From: Clostridia bacterium
GTDB taxonomy: Bacteria; Bacillota; Clostridia; Christensenellales; QALW01
Length of the DNA: 64,000 bases
NCBI GenBank assembly: GCA_900769815.1
Contig: CAAGID010000030.1
Location: forward strand, 80,415 to 144,414
Direction of reading: 5' to 3'
The position numbers and the translations under genes are program-made. This document shows, one piece after another, positions 17,550 to 26,706 of the stretch. Every line of letters starts with the position of its first letter. The first letter of the stretch is position 1. The notes under the pieces were generated by a model. The model searched no databases. It worked only from the letters and a program-made list of their open reading frames with translations, and was not told where the DNA came from.

Positions 17550-18677
17550 TCAGCCCAAAGAACCCAATATTCCCTCTGCGCGTTTCTTCCAAGTGTATTT
17601 TTCAGTAAAGTCATTATAGGCGCGCTGTGCAATCTCGTCGCGCAACTGTTCGTCTCTTTGAAGCGCATCAATGGATTTAACCCAAGCATCAATATCGTCA
17701 GGATCACACATCAATCCGTTTTCACTGTGATGCATGACTTCCTTCAGCACATCCAGATCGGAACACAAGATCGGCTTTCCCCAAGACATATATTCAAACA
17801 ACTTCAAAGGTGACATCCATTTACCGATGTCGTTTTTATTGTCTGTCGCACCCGCAGTTCTGACGTTCCGCATATAGGGCGCGATCAGGCAATCCATCGC
17901 CATTCCGTATTGCTGTGCCTCGACCGGCTTTACGAAGCCGTAAAACGCTATGTTGTCGCATCCCTGCAACTGCTCCTTCCAAAAGTCAATATCCTTTTCC
18001 ATTCCTCCAACGATATGGAAAAAGGTATTAGGGCATTTGGGAGCCAACTGGGAAATAATTTCCATTCCCTTTCCCTTATACAGATGTCCGATGTAGCCCA
18101 AATTGAGCATATTCTCGTACCGAATTTCATTTTTCGCCACCACATTGGGATCAACCGGATCGGCACCGTCGTGTGCTACGTGTATAAACTGCTCGTCCAC
18201 GCCGTATTTGTCTACGTAAAAATTCTTCAACTGTTGGGAAATGACCACGAGCTTTTTTAGCTTTTTCATCCGCAACAGCATCTTAAACTGCATGACGGCT
18301 TTCTTTCCCAATCCGTCGATTGCGGAATGGGATTCCCACACCGTTGCAAATCCCGAAGCAGCCGCCATTAGACAACAGGTTACGTCACGGCTGTATACCA
18401 GATCAGCTTTTTCTTTTTTATAAACCCGCAACGTTCTCAGTGCATATCGCAACGCCCTCAATGGGAAGCGCTGGGGCCAGCGTGTATATTGAATGGAAAA
18501 GTTTTTTCTGACGTTATAATAAGAAAACAGATCCACCGTATCGTCCCTAGCAATATCCGATGAAATCAAAAGCGTATCGTGCTCAATATCAGAAAATGCC
18601 TGACACATTTTCATAATATGAATGCTGTTTGCCTCTCTGGAGGGAATTTTAGATATGGAACAATAAACGAGTTTCAT
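17550..18677 (-). CDS. Glycosyltransferase, GT4 (GT-B) family
   Basis: 375 aa. C-terminal …SPLKLFEYMSWGKPILCSDL…E… is an EX7E-like motif. Confidence 0.8.
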   Translation of the reverse strand: MKLVYCSISKIPSREANSIHIMKMCQAFSDIEHDTLLISSDIARDDTVDLFSYYNVRKNFSIQYTRWPQRFPLRALRYALRTLRVYKKEKADLVYSRDVTCCLMAAASGFATVWESHSAIDGLGKKAVMQFKMLLRMKKLKKLVVISQQLKNFYVDKYGVDEQFIHVAHDGADPVDPNVVAKNEIRYENMLNLGYIGHLYKGKGMEIISQLAPKCPNTFFHIVGGMEKDIDFWKEQLQGCDNIAFYGFVKPVEAQQYGMAMDCLIAPYMRNVRTAGATDNKNDIGKWMSPLKLFEYMSWGKPILCSDLDVLKEVMHHSENGLMCDPDDIDAWVKSIDALQRDEQLRDEIAQRAYNDFTEKYTWKKRAEGILGSLG

Positions 18678-19969
18678 TTTACTTTATCTCCTGCCATCAG
18701 GCACTTTTCGTGTTGCTCTTGTTTCTGTTGCAAAAAGACGATCATAAAGAAGACAAATGGCATCGAGAAATGATGAATAAACGGTTCCTTGGCTTCTACA
18801 ACTGCAATCGCAACAAAAAAGAACAACATGATAAACTTGATATCTCTATTTTTAATAGCAATAATGTTTTTTAACATTTCTTTATACAGACAGACATAGA
18901 ATACAACAGCCATAATAAGACCGTATCCAAAGTAAGCCTGCAGATAACCCGTATCAGACCGGCTAAGAACACCACTGCTGGAATAACCTCGATAGATAGA
19001 GGTTCCTATGATAGTTTCGGCAGAAATGGGAGCCACCTCCTGTGCCTGAAGTGATGTCACAAAGGAGGAATTATCCGCACCACCCTCCAAAAGCTCCTTT
19101 ATTTTTCTATAGATACCGAATTTCTCTATGGAAGAAAAGAATTCAGGATAAATAATAAGCAGTGCTCCACATCCCAAAAGTCCTATAACAACGATCCAAA
19201 TACCTTTAACAGAGAGCTTAGAAAATACAAGATACAATGTCACCAAAACCAAAAGCACGGCACCAAAAGCGAAGCCGGTAGAACCCGATAGTAAGGTAGC
19301 AAATAGAATAAATATATACCCAAGTGTGTATAACAGGAGACTTCTCTTTTTGATCATGAGATAGGCACCTGAAACCATTCCTATAAACAGATTGACGGAC
19401 AACAGTGCCTCTCCAGCTCCCAAGCCTGCAGCACGGTAGGGAGATAAATAGGAAAAGTTTGTATCCAAAACAAAGTGATTGTATAAAAAATACTTGACAC
19501 TATCGCTAAAGTACTGTGATATAGCAATTGCAGCTTGTAAAAGTGTCGCAAAAAAAACTGCTTTAAAAAACTGCTCACTGTTATCAAAACAGTCGTACAT
19601 AAAATAACAAATCAGCGGAACAAAAAAAACAAACAACAACGTTCTGGATAAAATAGATTCTCCATTAACAGAGGATCCAATATTATTGATAATACCTAAA
19701 AGGAACACCCAACCAAGCATTACGATAGATAATACAAATATATTAATTATTGTTCTTCCCGATAATGTGGTTTTAGAAGGAAGTTTAATTATAAAATTTC
19801 TTCTGGCAAGAAACAATACCATGCATAAAAAGAATACCAGTTTTCTAGAGGTTAGAATATCAGGAACACCGATAGGCTGAACTTCATATATAAAGAAAAA
19901 CACCAATAATGTTTGCCATAATGTTTTTCGTGAAGATGATAATCCCTTGTCTTTTAATTCGTCTTTCAT
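18674..19969 (-). CDS. wzy: O-antigen/capsule repeat-unit polymerase (Wzy-like, O-antigen ligase-like membrane protein)
   Basis: 431 aa, about 10-12 TM, with a larger loop near the C-terminal third. AT-rich, and sits between GT genes next to wzx. Confidence 0.65.
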   Translation of the reverse strand: MKDELKDKGLSSSRKTLWQTLLVFFFIYEVQPIGVPDILTSRKLVFFLCMVLFLARRNFIIKLPSKTTLSGRTIINIFVLSIVMLGWVFLLGIINNIGSSVNGESILSRTLLFVFFVPLICYFMYDCFDNSEQFFKAVFFATLLQAAIAISQYFSDSVKYFLYNHFVLDTNFSYLSPYRAAGLGAGEALLSVNLFIGMVSGAYLMIKKRSLLLYTLGYIFILFATLLSGSTGFAFGAVLLVLVTLYLVFSKLSVKGIWIVVIGLLGCGALLIIYPEFFSSIEKFGIYRKIKELLEGGADNSSFVTSLQAQEVAPISAETIIGTSIYRGYSSSGVLSRSDTGYLQAYFGYGLIMAVVFYVCLYKEMLKNIIAIKNRDIKFIMLFFFVAIAVVEAKEPFIHHFSMPFVFFMIVFLQQKQEQHEKCLMAGDKVK

Positions 19970-19978
19970 AAACTCTCC

Positions 19979-21070
19979 TTAGATACCCTTTTTCACAGTA
20001 GAGGTAATCACGTCCTGCCATGCTGTGAATATTCTTTGTTGAGAATGGGTTTTTGTAATTTGTTTTTCGTTATTCCTCAACTCCAGATTATCACCATTGT
20101 CTAAAACAATTCGCATCTTTGTAATTAAGTCATCCTCATCGCCTGTCGTAAATAAATAACCGTTGACGCCATTTTGAATTAATTCTCTTGGTCCTCCGCA
20201 AGGGCAATCAGAACAAACAGCCGGAATTCCTAAGCACATTGCCTCCATCAAAGCATTCGGCATCCCTTCGTAATATGATGTCATCACAAACAACCGTGCG
20301 CCATATATTTTATTCAAAACATCCGGATACGCACCCGCCAATATAATCTTTTTGCATGCGGTTTCCTGTATCAGTGCACTCAAATTTGCTTTTAACGGAC
20401 CTTCTCCATATATTTCTAAAGTCAATTCCGGATAATATTTACTGATTTTTGAAAATGCCCGAATGAGCAACTCATAATTTTTTTGCTTTGACAGTCTGCC
20501 TACTGCTACAACGCGATTATCCTGTTTTCTTATAGGATAATCCTCAAATTTGAGATAGACAGGGTTATGAATGACAACACCTTTTCTCTGGATCTCTTCA
20601 GAAAAATATGCTTTAGCATCGCTGGTTTGGAAAACGATCTTGGATACTGCTTTTAGTGCCACATATCGCATCAACTTCGCCAATTTACCATATTCGAGGT
20701 TGGGATCATTTCTCTCAGAATAAATCATAGGTATACTTTTCGCACAACCGGAAATTACAGCATAAAAAACAGGCTGAATCCAATAACTGATAATAACATC
20801 TGGATTGATTTGCCGAATGATACGCTTTGTAAATTGGAGTATCTTCATATGCATAGCAAGTTTTCCGGAGTTCGCAATTTTATTTCCGATAAAGCATACA
20901 TTTTCGGCTACAGGATATGCCTGTGCATCGCCTTCCACAGAGACCAGATACACTTCATTTTCACAATTTTCGGAAAGCCAATTTGCCAGATTGATTATAG
21001 ACTTCTCGGCACCGCCGTATATATTGCCAGCCTTACTTACAGAAAGGCACGCCATCAACATAATTTTCAT
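19979..21070 (-). CDS. Glycosyltransferase, GT4 family
   Basis: 363 aa: …GGAEKSIINLANWL… at the N-terminus and …SYYEGMPNALMEAMCLGIPAVCSD… (EX7E). Confidence 0.85.
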   Translation of the reverse strand: MKIMLMACLSVSKAGNIYGGAEKSIINLANWLSENCENEVYLVSVEGDAQAYPVAENVCFIGNKIANSGKLAMHMKILQFTKRIIRQINPDVIISYWIQPVFYAVISGCAKSIPMIYSERNDPNLEYGKLAKLMRYVALKAVSKIVFQTSDAKAYFSEEIQRKGVVIHNPVYLKFEDYPIRKQDNRVVAVGRLSKQKNYELLIRAFSKISKYYPELTLEIYGEGPLKANLSALIQETACKKIILAGAYPDVLNKIYGARLFVMTSYYEGMPNALMEAMCLGIPAVCSDCPCGGPRELIQNGVNGYLFTTGDEDDLITKMRIVLDNGDNLELRNNEKQITKTHSQQRIFTAWQDVITSTVKKGI

Positions 21071-22170
21071 AGTTTTTTACCCATATTACATATTTCAGAC
21101 AATTTATGAAATGAAGCAAGTGCTATCTGTTCCCATGAATATGTATTTCTTACATATTCCTTACAACGACTAATATATAAATCTTGACAATTTAAATAAT
21201 CTTTCTTTGCCTTTAACAAGGCATTTGCAATACTTTCACTATCCAATTCTGTTCCCCAGCCAAGATTCTGCTCTACCACTTCATTCATCACATTTGTTCC
21301 AGGTGTTACCAAACAAGGATTTCCGTATTTCCATGCCTCTAGTACTGTCATAGGAAATCCTTCATACCGTGAGGTCAGTAACATAATTCCGTGTCTTTCC
21401 AACAACTTTTTCTGTGCATCTCCGTAGATCGGGCCACAATTCGTTACCTTCAAAGAACGGTAATTCCTGATTCTGTTATTTATATAGTCAATACTTTTCT
21501 CTGAACCAGTACCATAGAGTTCTATCTGTATAACCGCATCCTTTTGTTCCAGGATATCCAGTGCATCAAACAAATAATCCAGTCCCTTATGGTTAATATC
21601 AAATCTACCAATAAAATAGAAAGACCAATTCTCTTGCGGTACATATTCGGCAACTATTTCATCGGTTTTTATACCATTAGGAATCACCAAATCACATAAG
21701 GTGCAATATTTCGAATCTGCCTTTTCGTTCTCATTCAGAAAAATATAACCCTTTGCTTTTTTCATAAAGGATCGCAATATCAAATGATTTGCTACCAACT
21801 TTTTGTATTTGGATTTTGTCAATGCTGCCTCACCAAAGGATCCATGTGGCTCGATAAAATACGGTATCCCCAATTTAATAAGCGTTTTATAAAATTTAAG
21901 GTATTCAAAATAATAATGACTATGAAAAATAACCACATCCGGGTCAACGCTATGAACAAAGGATTCAAAAGACCGATCTCCCAAACAATTAAAATATGGA
22001 GAACTCATTTGAGATATGTCTGCTTTAACCGACAGAACGCTTGCTTCAAAACCCTTTATTTCATTTTGTGCATTTACTAAATTTCTCAAAACGACCGGTA
22101 TTCCTCCTGAAAGATTTAAATGTGTCGCTGTAACGTGTAATAGTCTCATTGTTTTCACGGCAACAACCAT
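21067..22170 (-). CDS. Glycosyltransferase, GT4 family
   Basis: 367 aa: …SGGIPVVLRNL… and …SRYEGFPMTVLEAWKYGNPCLVT…. The start may instead be the ATG at 22149 (MRLLHV…). Confidence 0.8.
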   Translation of the reverse strand: MVVAVKTMRLLHVTATHLNLSGGIPVVLRNLVNAQNEIKGFEASVLSVKADISQMSSPYFNCLGDRSFESFVHSVDPDVVIFHSHYYFEYLKFYKTLIKLGIPYFIEPHGSFGEAALTKSKYKKLVANHLILRSFMKKAKGYIFLNENEKADSKYCTLCDLVIPNGIKTDEIVAEYVPQENWSFYFIGRFDINHKGLDYLFDALDILEQKDAVIQIELYGTGSEKSIDYINNRIRNYRSLKVTNCGPIYGDAQKKLLERHGIMLLTSRYEGFPMTVLEAWKYGNPCLVTPGTNVMNEVVEQNLGWGTELDSESIANALLKAKKDYLNCQDLYISRCKEYVRNTYSWEQIALASFHKLSEICNMGKKL

Positions 22171-22255
22171 TAATATTTTGTTGCCATACCTCTTTCTTCA
22201 ATATATTGGGATAAACAATCAATACAGCTATCTTACTAAAACATATCCTGTTTTA

Positions 22256-22714
22256 TCAATCAAGCCGTTTAATTAACTTCGCCGGAATTCCTCCATACAA
22301 GCATCCTGACTCTTTCAGATCCGATGTCACAACGGCTCCCGCTGCTACTATTGAATGATCTGCAATATTTACACCGGAACAGATCGTTACATTTGCACAC
22401 AGCCATACATTGTTTCCTACGTTGATAGGTCTTTCAATATGCATGTCCTCGTTTTCTGCTCTTTCCCACCACTTCGTTGTATCTAATCCTGTAGAGATAA
22501 TTGCAACTCCATGCGAAAGAACGCAAGCATCTCCGATCGTTACATTGCCAACCGCATTTATAAATACATTATCGTTGATATGTACCTTCTTGCCAAGCTT
22601 TAAGCGTTTTTTAAAATACACACGCGGTACCTCATATAAAACAGCCTGGGAAAACTGTGGAAAGATACTCTTAAATAATGTGGTTTTAATTTTTCGATAT
22701 ATTCTACCGACCAA
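22256..22714 (-). CDS. Hexapeptide-repeat (LbH) acetyltransferase
   Basis: 152 aa with repeated [LIV]-G-x-x-x-x units (…IGDACVLSHGVAII…VGNNVWLCANVTICSGVNIADHSIVAAGAVV…). Confidence 0.8.
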   Translation of the reverse strand: MVGRIYRKIKTTLFKSIFPQFSQAVLYEVPRVYFKKRLKLGKKVHINDNVFINAVGNVTIGDACVLSHGVAIISTGLDTTKWWERAENEDMHIERPINVGNNVWLCANVTICSGVNIADHSIVAAGAVVTSDLKESGCLYGGIPAKLIKRLD

Positions 22715-22719
22715 CTATA

Positions 22720-23538
22720 TCACTTCCTCAAAAATTTTTTATACACCCAATATTGAATTTTGACCGGCATCAAAAACATTCCGGTTTGAGCCACTGCCAC
22801 AATCATATAGTCAGCAAAGCTTGCGTAGCCCATTTTCCAAAAACGTTTAATAGTATCAATGTAACTTTTTGTGTTTTCCCAACTTTTGCGACGTTTTGCA
22901 AGATCGTCATTAGATCGGAAATACAAAAGTGATTCCCCGATGTTTTGTGCTTTACAGCCTGAGAAAAGCATTCTTCCAAAGAGATCAACGTCTTGATTTC
23001 TTCTTAAATCTGAATATCCACCATTTTCAAGCACCTTGTTTTTCCTGTACATTACGGCAGGGTGATTAAATGCGCTGCGCTTTTTTGCAAAGTTATAAAT
23101 ATCATCGTGCTTTTCAGGAACTTCACGAACTGAAACAACTTCATCGGGGGAAGAATAAAATTCATCTACAAAAGAACCCACAATGCTTAATTCCGGATTC
23201 ATTTCAAACACCTTTAATTGCTTTTCGCAACGCTCCGATTTTGATATATCATCTGTATCCATACGCGCAACAAGCTCGTTCTTGCATTCTTTCAGACCCT
23301 CATTCAAAGCTAAGCCTAAACCTATGTTTTCTTTATTAACTACGATCGAAAACAATCCAGGATATTTGTCTGTATATTCTTTTATAACCGCATACAATTC
23401 ATCATTTAACGGACCATCTTCTACTATAACAATCTCATCAGGTAAAACTGTTTGGTTGATCATACTATCAATGGCCATCCGTAAATATTCAGGCTTTTCT
23501 TTTACATACAAAGACATAAGTACGCTGTAGTTTTCCAT
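22720..23538 (-). CDS. Glycosyltransferase, GT2 family
   Basis: …SVLMSLYVKEKPEYLRMAIDSMINQT…EIVIVEDGP…ARMDTDD… (DxD). Confidence 0.85.
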   Translation of the reverse strand: MENYSVLMSLYVKEKPEYLRMAIDSMINQTVLPDEIVIVEDGPLNDELYAVIKEYTDKYPGLFSIVVNKENIGLGLALNEGLKECKNELVARMDTDDISKSERCEKQLKVFEMNPELSIVGSFVDEFYSSPDEVVSVREVPEKHDDIYNFAKKRSAFNHPAVMYRKNKVLENGGYSDLRRNQDVDLFGRMLFSGCKAQNIGESLLYFRSNDDLAKRRKSWENTKSYIDTIKRFWKMGYASFADYMIVAVAQTGMFLMPVKIQYWVYKKFLRK

Positions 23539-23543
23539 ACTAA

Positions 23544-24239
23544 TTAACTCCTCAACATTTCTTTTGCTTCTGCCTGCTTTGCATCATAAGTCTCTTGATC
23601 TACTTTACCTTCCATCAGCAACCAATCACCAAAGTCCATATCAGATACAGTACCCTCACGAACTGTGTCACTTCTTTTGAGAACCTTGCCAACTGTCTGG
23701 AAAATGATTTTCATATCACCGATAAACGTGATGCCTTTGTCTATGTATTCAAGATCGAATTCAATTTTCTGTTCCCAAGTAATATTGTTGCGCCCGTTTA
23801 CTTGTGCAAGTCCGGTCAAACCGGGACGAACATCGTGCCTTCTTCGCTGTTCTTCTGTCATAAAAACGCAATCCCGAACCAAGAAGGGTCTTGGACCGAC
23901 TATTGAAATGTGCGCTAAGGCTATATTGGCTAAAGATGGAAGCTCGTCAAGTGACGTGCTACGGAGCCACGCACCATACTTTCCGAGACGCTGATCATCT
24001 GGAAGAAGATTTCCGTCTTTATCTTTTGCGTTACTCATAGTGCGAAATTTTATCAACTTGAAAATCTTTTCTTTTCCATCTTTACCTTTCTTACCGGGTC
24101 TTGGCTGAAAGAAAAACGGATTACCTTTCATAGCAATTGCACCAACCACAGTCAAGATAAGCAGGATTGGAGACAACACAAGCAAAACTATCACAGATAA
24201 TATGAAATCTATCAATCTCTTAAAAAACTTTGCGTACAT
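23544..24239 (-). CDS. Small monotopic undecaprenyl-phosphate sugar-phosphotransferase (initiating PGT; PglC/WcfS/EpsL-like)
   Basis: MYAKFFKRLIDFILSVIVLLVLSPILL…KFRTM…DELP…VGPRP… are canonical bacterial sugar-transferase motifs; 231 aa. Confidence 0.88.
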   Translation of the reverse strand: MYAKFFKRLIDFILSVIVLLVLSPILLILTVVGAIAMKGNPFFFQPRPGKKGKDGKEKIFKLIKFRTMSNAKDKDGNLLPDDQRLGKYGAWLRSTSLDELPSLANIALAHISIVGPRPFLVRDCVFMTEEQRRRHDVRPGLTGLAQVNGRNNITWEQKIEFDLEYIDKGITFIGDMKIIFQTVGKVLKRSDTVREGTVSDMDFGDWLLMEGKVDQETYDAKQAEAKEMLRS

Positions 24240-24259
24240 TATCTATTCCTCTTTCAAAT

Positions 24260-25537
24260 TTAATTGAAACAGCTTCTAATAATCTCTATCACCTTGTCCT
24301 GTTCCTCAGAAGGCATCTTATTGTCAGACGGCAAACACAAACCGCGTTCAAAGATATCCGCACCCACATCCACACAACTGCCGGCAATATAGGCGTTGGT
24401 TCTGCAACGTCCGCTGCCATCGCGGGTTACAAATTCGTGCATACGATACATCGGCTGCATATGCATCGGTTTCCAAATTGGTCTGCCTTCGACGTTATAT
24501 TTAGCGAGAGTTTCTAAAATTTCTGTCGGACAAGTCTTACCCGGCTCTTTTATGTACAATGCCGTTGAATCATCTCTGACCTGCTTGCACATATAATCCT
24601 TGCTGATGATCATAGCAGACAGCCAATAGTTCGGTTCTGTGCCATCCATAATCGGATTCATTTGTACCGGCAAGTCCTTGAAGCCGTCACGGTAACGCTC
24701 ATAAATCGCTTTTTTCTGTGCGATGTGTTCTTCCAAGTAAGGGTACTGGCCACGTACAACACCTGCAATCACGTTGCTCATACGATAATTATAGCCGACT
24801 TCCTCGTGCTGATACCATGGAGCGTTTTCTCTTGCTTGCGTTGACCACTTGCGAGCTTTATTCGCAACCTCGATATCGTTTGTCAAAAGACAGCCACCAG
24901 CAGAGCCGGTGATGATCTTATTGCCGTTGTAGCTGATCGCAGAGTAATTACCAAAAGAACCGCACTGTCTGCCGTTAATAGTTGCGCCCATTGCTTCTGC
25001 CGCATCTTCAATCAGAAGCGCACCGTGCTTCTCACAAATTTCCTTAATCAAATCCATTCTTCCGGGGAAGCCGTACAGTTCTGCAGAAACGACTAATTTC
25101 ACATCGGGATACATTTCAAATGCTTTTTCAAGTGCTACAGGATCCATATTCCATGAATCTGATTCCGTGTCAATAAATACAGGAATACCACCCTCATAAA
25201 CAACAGGATTTAATGTGGCATCAAAGGTCATATCGGAGCAAAATACTCGTTTGCCCTCCAATGCACCGTGACTGATTGCAGGTTTACCGTAAAGTGTTTC
25301 GCCTGCGTGTTTAATTGCCAAATGAAGTGCAGCAGTACAACAAGACAGACCCACCGCATATTTCATCTCTGCCTTTTCGGCGGCTATACGCTCAACCTCG
25401 TTGATATTCTCGCCAACCGTACTCATCCAGTTTGTATCATAAGCCTGCTGAACATATTTCATTTCCTCGCCGTGCATTGTCGGTGTAGCAAGCCAGACCT
25501 TTTTCTCAAACGGTGCAAACTGTTTTGAATCTTTCAT
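24260..25537 (-). CDS. DegT/DnrJ/EryC1/StrS-family PLP aminotransferase (nucleotide-4-keto-6-deoxy-sugar aminotransferase; PglE/WcfR/EpsN-like)
   Basis: …TPTMHGEEMKYVQQAYDTNWMSTVGENI…LIEDAAEAMG…SYNGNKIITGSAGG… (PLP lysine region). First gene after the locus promoter. Confidence 0.85.
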   Translation of the reverse strand: MKDSKQFAPFEKKVWLATPTMHGEEMKYVQQAYDTNWMSTVGENINEVERIAAEKAEMKYAVGLSCCTAALHLAIKHAGETLYGKPAISHGALEGKRVFCSDMTFDATLNPVVYEGGIPVFIDTESDSWNMDPVALEKAFEMYPDVKLVVSAELYGFPGRMDLIKEICEKHGALLIEDAAEAMGATINGRQCGSFGNYSAISYNGNKIITGSAGGCLLTNDIEVANKARKWSTQARENAPWYQHEEVGYNYRMSNVIAGVVRGQYPYLEEHIAQKKAIYERYRDGFKDLPVQMNPIMDGTEPNYWLSAMIISKDYMCKQVRDDSTALYIKEPGKTCPTEILETLAKYNVEGRPIWKPMHMQPMYRMHEFVTRDGSGRCRTNAYIAGSCVDVGADIFERGLCLPSDNKMPSEEQDKVIEIIRSCFN

Positions 25538-25683
25538 TTACTAAATACCTCGAATTTGTTATTTTTTGTCTCTGTAATTTTTACACTTACTCATACTGCA
25601 AATCTTAGTTCTCTCACTGTGCTTTGTTCTTTTCTTACGAATCATACTTACGCAATAATTCAATCAAACTGCATTCGTTACAT

Positions 25684-25712
25684 ATAATAACACAGTATAT
25701 GCGTTTTGTCAA
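25684..25712 (-). promoter_or_regulatory. Sigma-A promoter of the polysaccharide locus (TTGACA-17-TATTAT)
   Basis: Minus strand reads TTGACA (25712-25707), a 17-nt spacer ending TGTGT, then TATTAT (25689-25684). This leaves a ~140-nt leader before the ATG at 25537. Confidence 0.55.
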
Positions 25713-25818
25713 TGTATTGCTAAATTTTGAACATGAAAATATATGTATAAATGACAATGATTGGTAACACTTTTTCTACCATTTTGAGGACTCAAAAGCA
25801 TTGCCTAATTTTGAAATA

Positions 25819-25853
25819 TAAAAAAATATGTCGAAAATTGCAAAATTTCCGAC
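25819..25853 (-). terminator. Rho-independent terminator ending the pur-fhs-fbp-deacetylase transcription unit
   Basis: Minus strand reads GTCGGAAAT-TTTGCA-ATTTTCGAC (9-bp stem including one G-U) followed by ATATTTTTTTAT. Confidence 0.7.
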
Positions 25854-25862
25854 GTTCTTTAA

Positions 25863-26705
25863 CTATAATTCAATTTGTACTGTTTTTCCCGGCAGAAGGC
25901 TGTAATTTTTGCCTTCAACATTAAAGAAGAGTTCCGTGTTTGTAGGGTTGTAAATTATACTTCCGTCAGCGGAAGTTTTTAACTGTTTATATGCTTCAAG
26001 GTACTCAAAAATCTCCGTATTTGTTGCATACCAAATTTCTTCACGGTTACCCATAAACTCACAGAATTCTTCAATTACGTGCCAATTATCACGCTGTTCA
26101 AACTCATAGCTATGACCCCATAAATAGAAAAGCAACGGCTCGTAGTGTACCGTGCATTCAACAAAATACTTTGCTAAGTTCATAAGGTCGGGGTTATTAT
26201 GATGGCAGGTTGCAGGCAAGCGAAGCCAATCCTGGGAAATCAAAAAATTATTGCTTGACTGAACTGTTCTTGCATATAAAATACCGCAAGCTTTTAAACA
26301 ATCAACAACTTCTTGGCTTGTTGTGCCGTAAGGATACGCCATCCCTCTTGTAATTTTGCCTGTAGTTTTCTCAATATCAATTTTATCAATAAGAATTTCG
26401 TAAGTAATTTCTTGAGGAGTCAAGGTTTCAAGACGGGGATGATAATATCCGTGAATGGCAACCTCCATACCGTTTGAAAGGTATAGATCATAGGCTTCTT
26501 TTTTAGTCATTCGTCTGTTAACAATCTGACCTTCGGGATAAACGGTACCAACAGATGAAAAACGACCGCTGTTTACATTAAAAGTGCCCTTAATGCCGTG
26601 CTTTTTCATAATGTTGACAAGACGGACATCCTGTTCTACAGCATCGTCATAGCTTAATGTAAGTGCTTTTTCCTTAAAACCGGGAAACTTTGTTTTTCTA
26701 TACAT
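25863..26705 (-). CDS. Polysaccharide deacetylase family protein (NodB-homology domain)
   Basis: …ALTLSYDDAVEQDVRLVNIMKKHGIKGTFNV… (DD motif) and …AIHGYYH… (His motif); 280 aa. Confidence 0.75.
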   Translation of the reverse strand: MYRKTKFPGFKEKALTLSYDDAVEQDVRLVNIMKKHGIKGTFNVNSGRFSSVGTVYPEGQIVNRRMTKKEAYDLYLSNGMEVAIHGYYHPRLETLTPQEITYEILIDKIDIEKTTGKITRGMAYPYGTTSQEVVDCLKACGILYARTVQSSNNFLISQDWLRLPATCHHNNPDLMNLAKYFVECTVHYEPLLFYLWGHSYEFEQRDNWHVIEEFCEFMGNREEIWYATNTEIFEYLEAYKQLKTSADGSIIYNPTNTELFFNVEGKNYSLLPGKTVQIEL

Positions 26706-26706
26706 T

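Noticed and set aside
25538-25683. Possible regulatory RNA or JUMPStart/ops-like element in the ~140-nt leader of the polysaccharide operon
   Set aside because: I found no GGCGGTAG-type ops element, no convincing stem-loops and no terminator. There is only a short direct repeat (TTCGTAAG/GCGTAAG), which is insufficient.
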